Source: a virus
Taxonomy: Duplodnaviria > Caudoviricetes
Reading direction: 5' to 3' (one strand)
Virus record (IMG/VR): IMGVR_UViG_3300005080_000001
Coordinates: 32,001 to 96,000 of that record
DNA length: 64,000 bases
Below, one piece after another: positions 1 through 9,460 of this stretch. Below the pieces are notes generated by a model. The model was given only the letters and a program-made list of their open reading frames with translations, was not told where the DNA came from and did no database searches. A program made the translations under genes and the position numbers. Each line of letters begins with the position of its first letter. The first letter of the stretch is position 1.

Positions 1-241
1 GTGCTTCCAATAGGTAAAGCACAAACAATACTCGATTATATCGTATTCCCTAGCAAGGAGGTGGCAGTAGTGCCGTAGATATAATGTGAGGACTAAGCCA
101 AACCGTTTACCACATAAGGTAATCGCTAGGTGGGGTTAAATGCCAATGTAAACCAATTATTATAAATATCACTTGAATATCTAACATTTGTTGGATTTTG
201 AAGTGATATTTATAACTAAACAATGAATTGGAGAGATTAAC

Positions 242-991
242 ATGACATTATTAACAACTCAAAACGCAAAAACAATCAAAGGTGAGAAGAAAGGTTTTAA
301 CACTGGTATTGTTTACCTTGCACCATTCACAAACGGTGGAATGGCTAACTTATGTCCGATGGCTGAACAAGCACAATGTAACAAGGCTTGCTTATACACT
401 GCAGGACGTGGAGCATTTGACAACGTAAAGGCAGGACGTATTCGTAAAGCGGTTTACTTCCAAACAGATTACAACGGATTCATGAATGAACTGGCTTGGG
501 ACATCAACCGACATGTGAACAAATCTCGCAAGGCAGGTAGCACACCACTGATCCGTCTAAACGGGACATCTGACATTATTTGGGAACGAAAAGGATTTAC
601 TCTGGACGAGAAGCATGCTAAACGCATCAACAAACCTGCAGGCTACTACGAAAACATGATGGCTCTGTTCCCAGATGTACAGTTCTACGACTACACGAAA
701 ATTGCAGGTCGCTTCAATGGAAAACTACCTGCGAACTACGACTTAACATTCTCGTACAGTGGTGTTGAGGGCTACCAAAAACAAGTACAGCATGCAATGA
801 AGAAAGGCGCACGTATTGCGGTTGTGTTTCGTGACAGAGAAAAAATTCCTACGGAGTTTATGGGGATGGAATGTGTAGACGGTGACGACACGGATATCAG
901 ACACATTGAACCACAAGGCGTAGTGGTTGCGCTGTATGCAAAAGGTCAAGCGGTAAAAGATAAATCTGGCTTCGTTGTAGACATCGCTTAA
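242..991 (+). CDS. Phage Gp88-like protein (Cys-motif, radical-SAM-like)
   Basis: RBS GGAGAG; CPxAxxxxCxxxCLY, RLNGTSD, FYDYTK, LTFS and DGDxxDxR motifs match the phage gene-product-88 family as I recall it. Confidence 0.65.
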   Translation: MTLLTTQNAKTIKGEKKGFNTGIVYLAPFTNGGMANLCPMAEQAQCNKACLYTAGRGAFDNVKAGRIRKAVYFQTDYNGFMNELAWDINRHVNKSRKAGSTPLIRLNGTSDIIWERKGFTLDEKHAKRINKPAGYYENMMALFPDVQFYDYTKIAGRFNGKLPANYDLTFSYSGVEGYQKQVQHAMKKGARIAVVFRDREKIPTEFMGMECVDGDDTDIRHIEPQGVVVALYAKGQAVKDKSGFVVDIA

Positions 992-1090
992 ACAAAAGTA
1001 TTGCAATTTCTTGAGAGCGCTGATACGATGTTATTGGCGTTCGATTGGATTATTGCAATCCACAAAAAAAATAAAGGTAGGTCATTAAAC

Positions 1091-1657
1091 ATGAAAAACT
1101 TAAAAAAATTAATCGTAAATACTTTGGTAGTAGCAAGCGTGGCACTGTTGCCATCTGTAGCATTCGTAACGGCTTATGAAGGTCACCAAGAAAAGAAAAA
1201 AGTTCAAATCGTACAAGATGGCGACTTGATGGTCGTAAAGGATAGCGACAAAGAAAAATCTACGGTGGCTACACAAGTGAACGTGGTAGACAAGGAAGGC
1301 AATGTGGAAGTAACAAACCTGTTCGACAAGGACGACACGTTCACTCTCGACAAGTCAGAGGTGAAAGAAAAATTACGCAAAGGTGACAACGTCTATGTGA
1401 CTTTCAAAGGTGACTGGGTAGAGAGTGAGAAAAAATTCAACACGGATGACGTGGCATTCTCGGTAGAAAAAAATCACACAACGTTCGTCACTGTCCAATC
1501 GGTGAGCGACAAGGATGCGTTTGCACTAGATATGACAGACCCTCACAGCAGTGAGTACGCTCTTGACCCAACTGGGCTAAAGGTAGGCGACATCTTGGAA
1601 CTGAAAGAAAATAAGTACGGAGAGGTGCTTGAGCAACACGTAGTAGCACCTCAGTAA
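1091..1657 (+). CDS. Secreted/membrane-anchored hypothetical protein
   Basis: RBS AAGGTAGG before ATG 1091; basic N-terminus and hydrophobic signal/anchor. Confidence 0.7.
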   Translation: MKNLKKLIVNTLVVASVALLPSVAFVTAYEGHQEKKKVQIVQDGDLMVVKDSDKEKSTVATQVNVVDKEGNVEVTNLFDKDDTFTLDKSEVKEKLRKGDNVYVTFKGDWVESEKKFNTDDVAFSVEKNHTTFVTVQSVSDKDAFALDMTDPHSSEYALDPTGLKVGDILELKENKYGEVLEQHVVAPQ

Positions 1658-1727
1658 TAAGCGAAAAATTTACAGGCAAAGAAATGTTTTAAGGCAAACC
1701 AAAAAAAATAAAGGTAGGTAATTTAAA

Positions 1728-2297
1728 ATGACAAACTTAACAGCAAACACAACGGTAGCAGTGGATGAATTAACAGTGGCGGTAGAAGAGAAAAAATATT
1801 GGCTAGTAGATTTACAAGACCACGAGAACACTCGTGAGTCTACGCTTGATGATGCAAAAGAATTTTTGAAAGGTCACTTCGATGAAGAGGATTACGATGT
1901 ATGCGATGACTGCGAGGACTTCGATAAAACTAGCGAGGAGTTAATGGACGAACACTTCGAGCAAATTGACAACGCTGACTTTGACGAACTGCACGAATTT
2001 CTTAGTTGCATCGGTTGGACAATCTTCGAAGACAAAGAAGAACTTCGTGAACATGTGGAGTGGGAAGCGCTGAAATGGAGCGTTGAGAAGGCGCTGAAAA
2101 AAGAAGGTTACGACCACATGCTTTGCACAAGTGGCTTGATAGAAGATACTTTGCTCTGGTATGCAGTCAAGGACAATGAAAAATTAACAGTGAGAGTAGT
2201 ATTCACAGAAGGTGAAGAGGCAGGGAAAATTTCCATCGAGGACACGATAGAAGGCAAAGAGGATTGGGTGTTCAGAAAGAATACGAATACCCTTTAA
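1728..2297 (+). CDS. Acidic hypothetical protein
   Basis: ORF with RBS; very D/E rich; CxxC. Confidence 0.75.
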   Translation: MTNLTANTTVAVDELTVAVEEKKYWLVDLQDHENTRESTLDDAKEFLKGHFDEEDYDVCDDCEDFDKTSEELMDEHFEQIDNADFDELHEFLSCIGWTIFEDKEELREHVEWEALKWSVEKALKKEGYDHMLCTSGLIEDTLLWYAVKDNEKLTVRVVFTEGEEAGKISIEDTIEGKEDWVFRKNTNTL

Positions 2298-2357
2298 GCG
2301 AAAAAAATTAGGCAAAGAAATGTTCTGAGTTAGACCAAAAAAACAATTAAGGGAGTT

Positions 2358-2645
2358 TTGAAAATGATAGCAAGTTTACCAGATGTAAAAAAATCTTTGA
2401 AGGGAAAAGCAAAGAAGGGACACCTAATTGCTAAAATCCACGTTGGTATTCAAGAATTTGGCGAAGGGTTTGACGTTTGTGTGGATGCTTGGATGTTTGA
2501 TAAATGGATGAATGATGATTTTGAAAGCTACCAGATGTCAGAGGAAGAAAAGTTTCCAAAGGCAGAGGCAAGAGCAAAAAGAATTGCAGAGTCATTGGTG
2601 AGTGCAGGATACAAAGCAAAATATACTGGCTTAGAAAATTGTTAG
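2358..2645 (+). CDS. Hypothetical protein
   Basis: ORF after repeat B with GGGAG RBS. Confidence 0.7.
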   Translation: MKMIASLPDVKKSLKGKAKKGHLIAKIHVGIQEFGEGFDVCVDAWMFDKWMNDDFESYQMSEEEKFPKAEARAKRIAESLVSAGYKAKYTGLENC

Positions 2646-2657
2646 GAGGAAAAGAAA

Positions 2658-2750
2658 ATGGTGAAAGAATTCGTTGGTGTAGGTGTTGTCATAGCTTTTC
2701 TGTACGGTGTTATGTGTCTTCTCTCTCTGGGTATCACAGCTAGTATGTAA
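2658..2750 (+). CDS. Small single-TM peptide (30 aa), not in ORF track
   Basis: AGGAGG RBS; MVKEFVGVGVVIAFLYGVMCLLSLGITASM; followed by repeat B. Confidence 0.6.
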   Translation: MVKEFVGVGVVIAFLYGVMCLLSLGITASM

Positions 2751-2820
2751 AGCGAAAATTTTACAGGTCAAGAAATGTTTTAATGTCTAAACTAAAAAAA
2801 ATACTGGAGCGTGTTCAAAA

Positions 2821-3795
2821 ATGAAAATTGTAAAATCTATCGTAAATGCATTAACAAAGGCAGAAGCAAAAAGAGGCGTAGCAAGTGTGGCAACTGTTCG
2901 CCAAGATACAGTAAGAAAAGCAATTGAGCGTGGAGAGTTCGAAAAAATAAAATGTGCATACAGCATGACTGATGACTACGCTTGGGATGCTGTAAACAAT
3001 AACGGTTGGAAAGATAATGTAGGTCAAGAAACAATGGCAAGAGAATACAGCATCTTAACGCCTAGCTGTTGGGTGTCACCAAAAAAATTCATCATCAATG
3101 GGATTGAGTGCTACGAAATTAGTATCAGCTTCCATAGTAATCTAGCGTATGACATGTATGTCCCAGTTGACGGAAAAAAATCTGAGCCAGTAGTGAAAGA
3201 GGAGGAGAAGAAAGTGGAAGCTGTAAAAGAAGTAGAGCAAGTTGAGGTGGTTGAAGAAAAAAATTACATCGTCATGAATGCCCAAGATACTTGCGATTGG
3301 TCTGAGGGCAACATTGAGCATGTAAGGCAAGTTGTGCTAGACAATTGGGATAAGGTTGAATGCGATACTCTTGAAGAGTACGATGCACTGCTAAAACATA
3401 TTCCAACTGCTGACATTGACGACTTGGATTTGGAAATGTGTCTAGAACAAATTGAACACAGAGTGTTCTGTAGCTACGAAGAAATGCTTGATTGGCGCAG
3501 AGAGTTAGGGATGGAAGTAGATGAAGACGAAGAACCAGAAGAAAATAAATGTACCTTCTGCGGTAAAACTGATACTTGTGATACAAAAAATGTAGGTGGC
3601 TATGAGGTTTTAGAATCCTGCACAGACTGCGAGAAAGAAATTTTGGAAGGCAATGAAGAAGATGAAGTGCCAGAAGAACTCTACCTGTGCAATGGTTGCG
3701 ATGAAATGTATCACGAAGAAATGTCAGAGGGTGAATGTTGTGAAGGAAAAGATTTTAGAATCGTAAGCAAAGGCGACATGGGATTCCACGATTGA
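2821..3795 (+). CDS. Hypothetical protein with acidic, Cys-rich C-terminus
   Basis: ORF with GGAG RBS; several CxxC pairs. Confidence 0.75.
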   Translation: MKIVKSIVNALTKAEAKRGVASVATVRQDTVRKAIERGEFEKIKCAYSMTDDYAWDAVNNNGWKDNVGQETMAREYSILTPSCWVSPKKFIINGIECYEISISFHSNLAYDMYVPVDGKKSEPVVKEEEKKVEAVKEVEQVEVVEEKNYIVMNAQDTCDWSEGNIEHVRQVVLDNWDKVECDTLEEYDALLKHIPTADIDDLDLEMCLEQIEHRVFCSYEEMLDWRRELGMEVDEDEEPEENKCTFCGKTDTCDTKNVGGYEVLESCTDCEKEILEGNEEDEVPEELYLCNGCDEMYHEEMSEGECCEGKDFRIVSKGDMGFHD

Positions 3796-3888
3796 GCCGT
3801 GGCATCCTTCATTAGTTAAAGCAAAAATTTACTGATCAAGAAATGTTTTAAGGCAAGACAAAAATAAAAATTAAGGGAGTTTTGAAAA

Positions 3889-4269
3889 ATGTTAAACAAT
3901 GTATCTCGTACTGTTGGTGAAGAATTACTAAGCCGTATGCAAGGAAATGACGTTGTGGGAGTGCTAAGAATGGACTTAGTTCACTCATACAATCATGATA
4001 TGGAGCAGGTAAAAAAAATGTCTGACGATGAGGTTTGCTCATTAATGGACAGATATGAAGCAATGGAAAAAGGTTACGATGATGAATTCGATGAAGGAAA
4101 ACTTCCGCATCATATCGCTCATGTGAAATGTGAATGTAGTGCAGAATTGGTAGTTGTACACGTAGATTGTGAGACTCGTGGAGATTGTGAAATATATGTC
4201 TGCGAGTGTAAAAATCCTGCGTGTGATAAGGAGACATCAATGTGTTATGCGGAAGAATGGTATGAGTAA
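3889..4269 (+). CDS. Hypothetical Cys-rich acidic protein
   Basis: ORF between two B repeats; GGGAG RBS. Confidence 0.7.
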   Translation: MLNNVSRTVGEELLSRMQGNDVVGVLRMDLVHSYNHDMEQVKKMSDDEVCSLMDRYEAMEKGYDDEFDEGKLPHHIAHVKCECSAELVVVHVDCETRGDCEIYVCECKNPACDKETSMCYAEEWYE

Positions 4270-4337
4270 GCGAAAAAAACTATGCCAAGAAATGTTTTAA
4301 TGTCTTTTTGAAAATAAAAATTAAGGGAGTTTTAAAA

Positions 4338-4511
4338 ATGAATAAAGAACTTATGGAAAAAGCAATTAAAGCGATTGGGCAATTAGTAAATGAAGCGCAC
4401 AATGTAGACTGTGAAGAAAAGGACAATGCAGTCAAAGAAGGTTGGGAAGTACTTGAGCAACTAATCAAGAGTGAAGGCACTGACAAATTTAAATTCTGGA
4501 TTGAACAATAA
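4338..4511 (+). CDS. Hypothetical protein
   Basis: RBS AAGGGAG before ATG 4338. Confidence 0.65.
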   Translation: MNKELMEKAIKAIGQLVNEAHNVDCEEKDNAVKEGWEVLEQLIKSEGTDKFKFWIEQ

Positions 4512-4539
4512 AAAAACTTTATGAAGGCAGGTAATTAAC

Positions 4540-4848
4540 ATGGAAAAAACTTTTCAGCAAGAACTTGAGGAACTAATTGCAAAGCATGCTATTCGCCAAG
4601 AGGACACAGGCTCTGGCTACTTAGTTGAATTAAAAAATAATGAGTGTATCCAAATTGATTTAATCAATGAATCTAACGAGTTAGAAAGATTCGAGGAAGA
4701 AGGCGAAGAGAAAGACGAATGGGTTTATGTCTGTGCCGACTGCCTAGAGTCACACGATGAAGAAGTGGAGAAATGCTTTGGATGCGGTAGTGATTCAATA
4801 TCTAGCATGACAAAAAGCGATGAACAGTTGTTCAAGTACGGTAAATAA
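4540..4848 (+). CDS. Acidic Zn-ribbon-like hypothetical protein
   Basis: CxxC...CxxC; RBS present. Confidence 0.65.
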   Translation: MEKTFQQELEELIAKHAIRQEDTGSGYLVELKNNECIQIDLINESNELERFEEEGEEKDEWVYVCADCLESHDEEVEKCFGCGSDSISSMTKSDEQLFKYGK

Positions 4849-4933
4849 TAGCGAAAAAAAAATATAGTCAGCCTATTAATTTTATAGGTTGACTTCAATA
4901 CTATTACAGTGATAAAGTAAAGGGGAAATAAAA

Positions 4934-5176
4934 ATGATTAGATTATTAATGGATTGGTTAGAAGATGGAGTAAGCAAGGAAAAAATTACAGGGTATGCGT
5001 TATTATTCAAGAAGCAAGTGTCATGCGAAATGAACCTAAACAGCAAGCTGAGACTGTATTCAGCATTTATTGAGCATGTTTCACTAGGACAAGCAGAACT
5101 TCATGTAGTAATCCAAGAAACAGAAGTTTTAATACATCACGAGGGAAGAATGATTAAGCGCTTATTGAGTATCTAA
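4934..5176 (+). CDS. Hypothetical protein
   Basis: ORF with AGGGG RBS. Confidence 0.6.
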   Translation: MIRLLMDWLEDGVSKEKITGYALLFKKQVSCEMNLNSKLRLYSAFIEHVSLGQAELHVVIQETEVLIHHEGRMIKRLLSI

Positions 5177-5228
5177 AGGGAAAAATTTTATGATCAAGAA
5201 ATGTTTTAAGGTAAAGGGGAGAAAGAGT

Positions 5229-5453
5229 ATGGCAGTCAACTATAAAGATAAGTTCGTAGGAATAAAAATTTATGGCTTTTGCAATGGCTATTTTGGTAGA
5301 GACGATTATGATGATAAAGTTATTATTGCAAGTGGTAATGATTGGATTGTAGGAGTAGATAACCAAGGAATAAATTGCTTTGCATCGTTCCGAGGGGAAG
5401 AGGATAGCATGGAAGAACTGATAGGCAAGTGGAGTAAAGAAGAAGATTGTTAA
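5229..5453 (+). CDS. Hypothetical phage protein
   Basis: ORF after repeat B; GFCNGYFGRD motif. Confidence 0.65.
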   Translation: MAVNYKDKFVGIKIYGFCNGYFGRDDYDDKVIIASGNDWIVGVDNQGINCFASFRGEEDSMEELIGKWSKEEDC

Positions 5454-5496
5454 TACTTGCTCTGGTAACTAAAAAAATATGAATGGAGAGATTGAT

Positions 5497-5883
5497 ATGT
5501 TAAAAATTCAATGTACTGCATGCGATGGTTTTGGGAATCAAAAATTTATTGAGGGTGAAGGATGGGTTTGTCAGTGTAAAGAATGTGACGGAGGAGATAA
5601 AGTTGCTCCAGAAGATATGAAAGTATATGTAACTGTATACAAGGTTACTAGAGAGTTTGGAGGACATGAGGAAGGCGGTTGGTGGTTTAACTGGTACACA
5701 TGCCTTGAGACAATCCCATGTAAAAATAAATTTTCAGATGAAATTAAAGCTGATTTGTTAGAAGAGTATAAGGGTATGAAGCACGGAGATATCTATTCTG
5801 TGCTAGGTGGCGCTGATGTACAAGTATGGATTGAGCGTAGACCTGCAGAGAATGAGACAAAAGAAAAACCTATGTATGAATAA
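5497..5883 (+). CDS. Hypothetical protein with CxxC pairs and GGHEEGGWW motif
   Basis: GGAGAG RBS; ORF track. Confidence 0.7.
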   Translation: MLKIQCTACDGFGNQKFIEGEGWVCQCKECDGGDKVAPEDMKVYVTVYKVTREFGGHEEGGWWFNWYTCLETIPCKNKFSDEIKADLLEEYKGMKHGDIYSVLGGADVQVWIERRPAENETKEKPMYE

Positions 5884-5907
5884 GCGGAGGGCTTCGGCTC
5901 TCCTTTA
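5884..5907 (+). terminator. Probable intrinsic terminator
   Basis: GGAGGGC-TTCG-GCTCTCC hairpin followed by TTT. Confidence 0.55.
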
Positions 5908-5977
5908 AGCAAAAATTTTATGATCAAGAAATGTTTTAATGTCTTTTTCAAAAATAAATATGGGGGCATGTTGAGAA

Positions 5978-6136
5978 ATGTTTGGTTTCCAATTAGGGCA
6001 AAAGGTTGACACAAAGCGAGGAACTGGAAGAGTTGCAGGCTTCGACCCAAAGAGTGGGTACTGCATTGCGGTTGTATTAGATTCTGACCAAGGAACAATT
6101 TGGTGGTGCAGAAGAGAAGGTTTATTAGTTAGATAG
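5978..6136 (+). CDS. Small hypothetical protein (52 aa), not in ORF track
   Basis: MFGFQLGQKVDTKRGTGRVAGFDPK...; follows repeat B. Confidence 0.5.
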   Translation: MFGFQLGQKVDTKRGTGRVAGFDPKSGYCIAVVLDSDQGTIWWCRREGLLVR

Positions 6137-6573
6137 TACATAATTAAATGAATAAAATCTGGATTTCATTAAGAGGGGGAAAATAAAAATGCCGTATCGT
6201 CATTTCAAAAAAAATATGGACACCATTAGTTATGTTTCACATCTATTTCTTCGAGGATTTAGCCACTGGGGATATATACATGAAAACGAAGAATACTCAT
6301 AGAAGATTAATTTGGAAGAGAAAAAATTTTTAACATTTTAGTTCAATACTATTACAGTATTGAAGAAAGGGAAAATCAAATGAATTTAATAATAGAAGAA
6401 GAAATGGTAAAGAAAATTCTCTTGGTCAGAGGTCATAAACCTAATGACAGAAACGTTAAAAAGATAATGAAGGAAATAAATCTTTGGTCAAATGACCTAG
6501 TAGAGAATTTGATAGATATTGCAGTAACATCAGCAAATAGAAATAAAAATATCTAATAGATGGAGAGACAATC

Positions 6574-6972
6574 ATGAAATCTACAAATAAAAAACAAAAG
6601 CTAAAGCTTCGTCCATGGGTGAAAGTTGTAATGTTATTCGTAGTAGGCGTAGCTATCACAACAAAAATTTTCTCAGTAATGAATACATCAGCATCAACAG
6701 AAGAACCGCAAAATAAAATTTATCATGGTGTCGTTCGGCTCGATAAGGATGGTAAGTATGAATTGTCTATGCTAGACGGTATGTACAAAAAAGAAATTAA
6801 GGTAGATAAGAAAAAAGATTATGAACTGGGTGGAATTGTTAGTGTTGTGACTGATGGTGATAAAGTAGTAAATGATTACTCATGCAAAGGCAAAGAACTT
6901 TACGGAGTTGTTGGTAAATATAAATTTGAGATAGACTCTGTGAGAAGAGATGTAAAAGCACAGGTTGAATAA
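6574..6972 (+). CDS. Membrane-anchored hypothetical protein
   Basis: Basic N-terminus and one TM; GGAGAG RBS. Confidence 0.7.
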   Translation: MKSTNKKQKLKLRPWVKVVMLFVVGVAITTKIFSVMNTSASTEEPQNKIYHGVVRLDKDGKYELSMLDGMYKKEIKVDKKKDYELGGIVSVVTDGDKVVNDYSCKGKELYGVVGKYKFEIDSVRRDVKAQVE

Positions 6973-6982
6973 TAATCACACC

Positions 6983-7020
6983 ATAACTACCCTTATGTGT
7001 TTAGGGGTAGTTATATTTTT
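6983..7020 (+). terminator. Intrinsic terminator
   Basis: ATAACTACCC...GGGTAGTTAT stem followed by a T tract. Confidence 0.7.
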
Positions 7021-7192
7021 ATTGTATTACTAAATTGTCAAAAATTACTTGAGAAATATTCCTAATTTATATTCATTTTAATTTTACAGATTTTTATTGT
7101 AAGCGTATAATTAACCTAGTTGAATGATTTGATAGACTTGTTAAATTATGTTAATTAATAATTATCTTTGATAGAGAGTTAGGTGTGATAAC

Positions 7193-7948
7193 TTGAAGTT
7201 TGGACAAAGATATAAAGGAAGGGGAGAAGTGTCTCCATTAGCTGATTATGTGCAATTTGACATATCTGGACTTAGTGCAATAGAGATAGTTCAGAATTAT
7301 TTTATACTAGACATTAATAATAAGCCTATTCTACTTTTAGGAGATTACTCAGACGAAGAAAAGGGATCTTCCGAGGATGATATGCTCAAGGCAGATAGAA
7401 TATACGAAATTAAAGATGCAATCAGTAGTCTTCGAGCATTTGGGGCAGAGATTATGGGTATAACCATATATCCATTCTCTAGAGAAGGGCTATATTCCCT
7501 TAGTAGGACTATAAAGTTTGATGATTTTATATTTAAACTTAAAGAAATATATGATATTCCAGTGTTGGTTAGGAACTCAAATAAAAAAGATTTGTTTTTA
7601 TCTACCTCAGAAGAGATTATTAGGTTTAGTCAAAAAAATAAAATTGCAATATCTCCTATGAGCCTTTTTGAAGCGTTAGATTATGATTTAGATAAGTATC
7701 TTGATACAGTTTTAAATATAAATCTAGAAAATATTCAAGAGATTCAAATCAGAACTACTAGTTGTTGCATGAATGAATGTGAGAGTAATTATGATAATAA
7801 TCAAGAGCATACTTTATTTAGGTTAAAGGATTTTTATAAGAAATTGAAGATAGTTCCTTGGTTTACGTTAATGCTAATGGGTTCTGGAGGTAGCGGAAAA
7901 TCATTTGAACTTAGCGTAAAAAAGATTACTGACCGTTTCGAAGATTAA
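7193..7948 (+). CDS. Hypothetical protein, possibly degenerate DUF692/TIM-barrel-like
   Basis: YDLDKYLDTVLNINLENIQEIQI resembles the DUF692 C-terminal motif; weak. Confidence 0.45.
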   Translation: MKFGQRYKGRGEVSPLADYVQFDISGLSAIEIVQNYFILDINNKPILLLGDYSDEEKGSSEDDMLKADRIYEIKDAISSLRAFGAEIMGITIYPFSREGLYSLSRTIKFDDFIFKLKEIYDIPVLVRNSNKKDLFLSTSEEIIRFSQKNKIAISPMSLFEALDYDLDKYLDTVLNINLENIQEIQIRTTSCCMNECESNYDNNQEHTLFRLKDFYKKLKIVPWFTLMLMGSGGSGKSFELSVKKITDRFED

Positions 7949-8035
7949 CTGTCAGTAATCTTCCTCTATTAAGCAAAAGTATTGCTAAAAATAGAGGGCG
8001 GTGATATAATTACCAGTAGTAAAACAGGAAGTTAG

Positions 8036-8387
8036 GTGACATTATTTTTGGAGATTCAATTATTAATAGATATGATGTTTGAGCATATCAAAAAGACCAA
8101 GTATAAAATTATTAATCTCAACGATGTATCTGAGATTTTAAAAGAAAAGCTTGGAGAAGATTATAATTCTGAGATCGGAATTTCTGTTAAATCTTCTTTG
8201 AGAGAACATGATTCCCTAGATTTTTTTTAAAGAGGGAGATTATATCAGCAATCAGAAATTTCATTATTGTGCAGGGAACTGGCTCGCTATCAAGGGAGTA
8301 TATGAGAATCCTATTGAGGCTAAAGATAAGATGGGTTGGTATTCTTGGCAAGAGACAGCAGAGATTGACTGGGATAGCTTAGATTAA
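8036..8387 (+). pseudogene. Hypothetical gene split by one extra T in a T8 run (8221-8228)
   Basis: Removing one T extends the ORF (...DFFKEGDYISNQKF...WDSLD) to TAA at 8385-8387. Confidence 0.55.
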
Positions 8388-8408
8388 ATAAATGGAGGAT
8401 AAGACATT

Positions 8409-8591
8409 ATGGCAACTATGACAGGAAGAGAATTAGCAAAAGAAATTCAATCAGTAGACAAAGGGTTTAAAGCACCACACATGTCCCGTGCAGAGTACAA
8501 CAATATGATGTATGGCGTGGGCAAAACGAAGGAAGACTTTGATAAATATTGTGAGGAAATGAGTGGAGAAGTAAAGACTTACAAACTCTAA
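8409..8591 (+). CDS. Small hypothetical protein
   Basis: GGAGG RBS; ends SGEVKTYKL. Confidence 0.65.
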   Translation: MATMTGRELAKEIQSVDKGFKAPHMSRAEYNNMMYGVGKTKEDFDKYCEEMSGEVKTYKL

Positions 8592-8722
8592 TCAAAGCAA
8601 AAGTATTGCAAAATATTTCGAGGTTAGATGGCTTAACCTTTTTTATTGACCATCTAACCTCAATACTGTTACACTATTGAAGAAATACATATGAAAAGAA
8701 TTCATTCAATGGGGGAACAGGT

Positions 8723-9340
8723 ATGAACAAGTTTAAGAAAATCGCAATTTATGTTGTAGCAGGTATTGCCGTACTCTTTATCGGAAGTGCTATTGGCTCA
8801 TCTGGAGCAAAGGCTACAATTGATAAGAAACAGGTAAGCATAGCGGACTTAGACAAGGAAATCAAAAGCAAAGAAGCTGAATTAAATAAACAGAAAGACA
8901 AGAACAAAGAAGTGCTTGATATTATTGCACATAAAGATAAGTTAGTAGCAGACACTGAAAAGGCACAAAAACAACTAGATGATAAGAATAAAGCAGTATC
9001 AGTTGCTCAAGGTGAACTAGATAAGATAAGTGCAAAGTTAAAAGAGAAGGAAGATAAGTTGGATGCTGTTACTGTTGGGCTTATAAAGGCAGAAGGCGAA
9101 CCAAAAACTCTTGGCTCTGGTGAGTATGTAGTTGGCAAAGATGTTCCTGCAGGCAGATACAAAGCAACTCCAGTTGGACAGGGGTCTAACTTCGTGGTAT
9201 ATGACAGAGATGGTATTGCAGTTGTAAATACAATCTTAGGAAGTTCAGACACTGGTGGAACTGGTGACTACACGTTCTTCTGTAAAGATGGAAATAGAAT
9301 TGAAACACATGCACCAGTTAAATTAGTACCAGTTAAGTAA
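8723..9340 (+). CDS. Membrane-anchored coiled-coil protein with C-terminal beta domain
   Basis: TM segment, coiled coil, and GEYVVGKDVPAGRY motif. Confidence 0.75.
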   Translation: MNKFKKIAIYVVAGIAVLFIGSAIGSSGAKATIDKKQVSIADLDKEIKSKEAELNKQKDKNKEVLDIIAHKDKLVADTEKAQKQLDDKNKAVSVAQGELDKISAKLKEKEDKLDAVTVGLIKAEGEPKTLGSGEYVVGKDVPAGRYKATPVGQGSNFVVYDRDGIAVVNTILGSSDTGGTGDYTFFCKDGNRIETHAPVKLVPVK

Positions 9341-9460
9341 TACAATTTAATTATGTTTAATTATAGCTGATTATCGGTTGTTGACACACGGCACATAGTC
9401 GGCTATAATTAGGCATAATTACTGGAATACTATTGAAGTAGAAATATAGGAGGAAATGAA

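Larger units (their letters stand above)
1659..5965 (+). repeat. Intergenic direct repeat family B, consensus GCGAAAAATTT-N(5-7)-CAAGAAATGTTTTAA, 7 copies
   Basis: Copies at ~1661, 2298, 2752, 3821, 4270, 5178 and 5909 (partial at 4851); each lies between a stop codon and the next A-tract/RBS. Confidence 0.9.

Noticed and set aside
1001-1090. TTG-start extensions of ORFs (also at 23268)
   Set aside because: The TTG comes from motif A; better RBS-ATG starts lie downstream
4821-4834. TGAACAGTTGTTCA as a LexA box
   Set aside because: Lies inside a CDS ~55 bp upstream of the next -35; may be chance
1659-5965. Repeat B as a CRISPR array
   Set aside because: Intervening sequences are whole genes of 0.45-1.1 kb, the repeats are degenerate, and there is no cas operon
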